From NCBI GenBank assembly GCA_963668645.2, contig CAXXWC010000019.1, forward strand, positions 448,001 through 512,000: a stretch of DNA of 64,000 nt, given 5' to 3'. The notes under the pieces were generated by a model. It searched no databases, was not told where the DNA came from, and worked only from the letters and a program-made list of their open reading frames with translations. Position 1 is the first letter of the stretch. Each line of letters begins with the position of its first letter. The translations under genes and the position numbers were made by a program. The stretch is from Desulfobacterales bacterium. Lineage in GTDB: Bacteria > Desulfobacterota > Desulfobacteria > Desulfobacterales > UBA2174. Positions 60,241 to 64,000 of this stretch are shown here, one piece after another.

Positions 60241-61344
60241 TCAGGTTTTCGGCAACGGCGGCGGGACCGTACCGAAAAGCCCTGCCAGATCCGCGACCTG
60301 GCCGGCCTGGGCCCAATCGGCCATCCCCTGTTTCCATACCAGGGTCTCTCTGGCAAGCTGGCGATTGGAGATCATCTCCTTGACTTGGTCCGCTGTAAAG
60401 GGACCGGCCTGCTGGTTGTTGATGGCCGCATACCACTGGGTCTGCTGTGGAAGCGGCGGCGGCCCCGGCGACTGGGGCGGCTGGGCCGCGCCCTGCATGG
60501 CCCCGCCCATGAGGTTGCCCACCCCCAGCCCGGCGATCATGCCCATGGCATTGGCGCCCCCACCACCTTGGTTTTCCGCCATCTTCTCGATGGCCTCGGC
60601 GGTCTGAAACTGGGTGTAAGCGCCAAGGTTGCCGATCATCCCCATCTGGGTGCGCTTGTCCAAGACCTTCTCCACCGCCTCGGGCACGCTGATGTTTTCC
60701 ACCAGGAACTTGGTCAGCCGGATCCCGTACTCGTCAATCTCCGGCTGCAGCACCCCCATCAGCAGATCACCCAGTTCGTTGTAGTTGGCGGCCAGATCGA
60801 GCATGGGAATCTTCGCTTCGGCCAGGGCATCGGCAAACCGGCTGACCAGGATGTTGCGGATCTGCCCGGTGATCTCCCCGGTTTCAAAGAGCGTGTCGGT
60901 GCCGGCAATCTGGCGGATGAAGGCCGCCGGGTCCTGCACCCGGATGCAGTAAGTGCCGAAGGCCCGCATGCGGACCGGGCCGAACTCCGCATCGCGCATC
61001 ATCACCGGGTTCTTGGTGCCCCATTTCAGATCGGTGAACTGGCGCATGCTCACAAAGAACACGTCACACTTGAACGGCGCGTCAAAGGCGTATTTCCAGC
61101 TTTTCAAGGTGGTCAGGATCGGGATATTGCGGGTGGTCAGCGGGTAACGCCCCGGGGTGAAGATATCGCCGATTTCCCCCTCGTGCATGAACACGGCCAC
61201 CTGGCTTTCACGCACGATGAGCTGGGCACCGTTTTTGATTTCATTGTCGTAGCGGGGAAATTTCCAGACGATGCTGTCGTTGGTGTCATCCACCCACTCG
61301 ATGACATCGATGAACTGGCCGACAACCTTGTCCCAGAGTGCCAT
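60241..61344 (-). CDS. SPFH (YdjI-like) domain protein with C-terminal GYF_2-like domain
   Basis: IDVIEW, LIVRESQVAVF, KWGTKNP, RAFGTY; C-terminal WY...QAGPF...LVWKQGMADW. Confidence 0.88.
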   Translation of the reverse strand: MALWDKVVGQFIDVIEWVDDTNDSIVWKFPRYDNEIKNGAQLIVRESQVAVFMHEGEIGDIFTPGRYPLTTRNIPILTTLKSWKYAFDAPFKCDVFFVSMRQFTDLKWGTKNPVMMRDAEFGPVRMRAFGTYCIRVQDPAAFIRQIAGTDTLFETGEITGQIRNILVSRFADALAEAKIPMLDLAANYNELGDLLMGVLQPEIDEYGIRLTKFLVENISVPEAVEKVLDKRTQMGMIGNLGAYTQFQTAEAIEKMAENQGGGGANAMGMIAGLGVGNLMGGAMQGAAQPPQSPGPPPLPQQTQWYAAINNQQAGPFTADQVKEMISNRQLARETLVWKQGMADWAQAGQVADLAGLFGTVPPPLPKT

Positions 61345-61486
61345 GGTCCACCTCCGGCGGGGTTGGTATGTCCTGAGGCATCCACTTTCGGCTGCCGTCA
61401 CGGGTCCGGCGCCAAATGGATCCCGAAAGAAAATCTGGTTCCCAGGCTACAATGCCGCCCAAAAGCTGTCAAATCCTGCTGTAAAT

Positions 61487-63046
61487 TCAATTAAACCGAT
61501 TCCATCCGCTTTTGTAGTACTCGTACAAAATCGGCTGATCGAGCCGATTGGCGCGCACCGCGCCCGCCGGCTGCATGTCCTTGGCAAAGCTGAACATGGA
61601 CCGCAGGGTTGCGCCGGTCAAAAACCGCGACGGCACCGAAACGTCCAGGCGTTCGGGATTCACGACCCTGCGCGAGGCCAGGATAAACCCCCACTCGCCG
61701 AATGAGGGTACATTCACATGGTACGGCACCGGTTTGAGGCTGCGCTCGGTTTCGTCCCGGCGCACCGCTTCTGCCATGGTTTTAAAAATGCACCAGAACG
61801 CCCGGGGGGCGTAAAACGGGGATGTGGCCTGGGTGACCATTACCCCCCGGTGGCTCAGGCGTCGGGCGCACAGGGCATAAAAGGCGGTCGAGTAAAGCTT
61901 GGAAAGGCTTTCATTGTTGGGATCCGGCAGATCGATCAGGATCACATCGTAAAATGCGCGGCTTTTTTCGAGAAAGCCCATGGCATCCCCATTGACGATC
62001 TGCAGGCGCGGATCGTTGAGCGAATTGCGATTCAAGGCGGTCAACTCGCTCCGGTTTTGCCCGAGATCTGTCATCTGCGGATCGATGTCCACCAGCGTCA
62101 CCTGCTGCACGCTGCCGTACTTGAAAACCTCCCGGGCGGCCATGCCGTCGCCGCCGCCCAGGATCAGTACCTGGCGGGGATCGGTGGCCGCCTCCATGGC
62201 CGGGATGACCAGCGATTCGTGGTAGCGCGCCTCGTCGATGCTGCTGAACTGGATGTTACCGTTCAGGTAGAGCCGGAAATCATCCCGCCAGCGGGTCAGC
62301 ACGATCCGCTGGTAGGAGGTGGTCCTGGCATAGATGATACTGTCCTGGTACAAAAGATCTTCCAAAAACCCCACCAGCTGCACGGAGTAGAACATCGCGG
62401 CCAACAGCACCAGGGCCGCTGCGGCCAGCCGCCATGCCATCCATTTGCGGGATCCCTTCAGCAGGGCCAGACCCGCCCCCGCCACGCAGAGGTTCATGAT
62501 GCCGAAGACCAGCGAGGCCCGGCTCAAGCCGAGATACGGCAGCACCACCAGCGGAAAGAGAACCGATCCCGCCAGGGCGCCGGCATAATCGAGCGCCAGC
62601 ACGTGGCTCAGGGCCTCGGAAAAATCGACGTTTTCCTTCAGGATCCGCACCAGCAGGGGGATCTCGATGCCGATCAGCACCCCGATGGCCGCGCAGAGCG
62701 AATAAAAGAGCACCGGGAACACGGCTTCGGCAAAAGCGCTGGCGGCGAACATGCCGATGCTGCTGCCGCCGCCCACCAGGCCGATCCAGATCTCGACTTC
62801 GATAAATACCTTCAGCAGGTTCTTGCGGACGAACTTGGCGATATACGCCCCCAGCCCCATGGCACACAAAAACACGCCGATGACCAGTGAAAACTGGGTG
62901 ACGGCATCCCCCAGGATATAGCTGGACACGGCCCCGGCCACCAGTTCGTAAACCAGGCCGCAGGCCGCCACCAGGAAAACGGAGCCCAGCAGGATGATCC
63001 TCGCCGAGGGGCGGCGCAGGTTATGCGTTGGATGGTCCGGGTTCAT
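61487..63046 (-). CDS. speE: Membrane-anchored polyamine aminopropyltransferase
   Basis: About 7 N-terminal TM helices (CGLVYEL); YHESL, LILGGGDG, VDIDP, DLPDP, VPSFGEWG. Confidence 0.9.
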   Translation of the reverse strand: MNPDHPTHNLRRPSARIILLGSVFLVAACGLVYELVAGAVSSYILGDAVTQFSLVIGVFLCAMGLGAYIAKFVRKNLLKVFIEVEIWIGLVGGGSSIGMFAASAFAEAVFPVLFYSLCAAIGVLIGIEIPLLVRILKENVDFSEALSHVLALDYAGALAGSVLFPLVVLPYLGLSRASLVFGIMNLCVAGAGLALLKGSRKWMAWRLAAAALVLLAAMFYSVQLVGFLEDLLYQDSIIYARTTSYQRIVLTRWRDDFRLYLNGNIQFSSIDEARYHESLVIPAMEAATDPRQVLILGGGDGMAAREVFKYGSVQQVTLVDIDPQMTDLGQNRSELTALNRNSLNDPRLQIVNGDAMGFLEKSRAFYDVILIDLPDPNNESLSKLYSTAFYALCARRLSHRGVMVTQATSPFYAPRAFWCIFKTMAEAVRRDETERSLKPVPYHVNVPSFGEWGFILASRRVVNPERLDVSVPSRFLTGATLRSMFSFAKDMQPAGAVRANRLDQPILYEYYKSGWNRFN

Positions 63047-63165
63047 GCACAAGGGCTTGGTGGCGGTGCCGGCCCCGGTCGCTGTCGATCCGAATCAAGG
63101 CCGCATCGATGTGCCGGCCATAGACGGAAATCGGTATGCGGGCAGGCGGCATCACACCCTGCAAA

Positions 63166-63381
63166 TCAGGTAATGGCAGCGGCGATGATAATGGCCAACC
63201 CGATGATCACCGCCCCGAAGATAATGGCCAAGGCCACGTTCTGATCATCCTCGATCTCTTTGCGGATGCTGAAGGGCGTGATCTTTTCGAAAAGAAAGAA
63301 CGCCGCTGCAAACACGGCCAGCCCGAATGCCGTATAGACCAGGCTTAGGATGAATTGCATCAAATGCGTGTCGGTAACCAT
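63166..63381 (-). CDS. DUF350 family small membrane protein
   Basis: KITPFSIRKEIEDDQNVALAI; GGAGG RBS. Confidence 0.85.
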   Translation of the reverse strand: MVTDTHLMQFILSLVYTAFGLAVFAAAFFLFEKITPFSIRKEIEDDQNVALAIIFGAVIIGLAIIIAAAIT

Positions 63382-63452
63382 GAAGCCTCCAGTTGTTGTC
63401 GGCGCATTGTCAATTTGACGGTCCAGCGCTGTAAAGTGCTCCTGCGGCCGGA

Positions 63453-63665
63453 CTACTTGCCGCCATGCAGCCCCCCGCCCCGGTGGGTGCGCACCGGCCG
63501 GCCGGGATACAGCCCCGCATGGGTACCCCGGATGCTGTCCTGCCTTAGGCTGATCCCCTTGGGATACATCACCTCGCGCACGCCGGTCTTTCGATAGGTC
63601 GCCTGGGCGGCCCAAATGGTACTGCAGGCTATGATGCCGATCAGTCCAAATCGCAAAAAGTTCAT
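63453..63665 (-). CDS. Small hypothetical protein with Gly-rich GGK C-terminus
   Basis: N-terminal hydrophobic stretch; ends GGGLHGGK, as is typical in DUF4178/DUF350/speE loci. Confidence 0.7.
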   Translation of the reverse strand: MNFLRFGLIGIIACSTIWAAQATYRKTGVREVMYPKGISLRQDSIRGTHAGLYPGRPVRTHRGGGLHGGK

Positions 63666-63671
63666 AACCGA

Positions 63672-64000
63672 TCAGTCCTCATCGTCGTCTTGGCGCCACT
63701 TGGCGTATAGGGCAAAACTTAAAATCAAGAGCCCCAAGCTGATACCGCCGGCCACGGCGAACTTGTCCCACGGCAGGGCATTTTCGCGCACGCGAATCCG
63801 CACGTCGTGAAGGGCCTTGTCGGCCGTTGCCGCCTCGCCGCGGGCGCTGACGGCCTGGACAAAGATCCGGTAGGTGCCCGGATCGGGGATCTTAACCATC
63901 GTGCTGGCGCTGCGGCTGCCCTCGCTCCAGTTCTCGCCCCCGGAGCGGCCATGGTAGTACTCGATGCTTTGCTCCAGCTCGTCGACCATCATCTCATCGG
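63672..64000 (-). CDS. Probable DUF4178-family protein, C-terminal part (5' end outside the window)
   Basis: EYYHG..GGENWSEGS...PGTY followed by a C-terminal TM helix; gene context. Confidence 0.65.
   Translation of the reverse strand, partial: DEMMVDELEQSIEYYHGRSGGENWSEGSRSASTMVKIPDPGTYRIFVQAVSARGEAATADKALHDVRIRVRENALPWDKFAVAGGISLGLLILSFALYAKWRQDDDED

Noticed and set aside
1..64000. CRISPR array or rRNA genes
   Set aside because: No regularly spaced direct repeats with unique spacers and no rRNA-like sequence seen; almost all of the window is accounted for by CDSs

Overview
GC-rich bacterial chromosomal segment; gene content and order suggest a sulfate-reducing deltaproteobacterium (Desulfobacterales-like; inference). 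Left to right: the 3' end of comM; a ~15.6 kb chemosensory operon (HEAT protein, cheR, cheY, cheA, MCP, tandem cheW, cheB, GAF-like protein, multi-receiver hybrid kinase, HD-GYP response regulator); hydantoinase-like/HDAC-like/epmA genes; a minus-strand run mobB-HD-Tat Fe-S protein-membrane protein-small ORF-ECF sigma-ZAS anti-sigma; an AT-richer MBL hydrolase + TRAP transporter cassette; assorted enzymes; the core rimP-nusA-infB-rbfA-truB-rpsO-pnp and infC-rpmI-rplT-pheST clusters; tRNA-Gly(CCC) and tRNA-Val(GAC); and a DUF4178/DUF350/speE/SPFH locus. The best novel signal is missing from the ORF track: a small membrane ORF (22164->21958, minus) with an in-frame TGA followed directly by a hairpin with bacterial SECIS geometry. 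This predicts a UxxxxC selenopeptide whose SECIS covers the start of the downstream ECF sigma gene. No CRISPR array, integrase or transposase was seen. Protein calls come from motif recognition by eye, not database searches, and several start codons were adjusted using RBS position.
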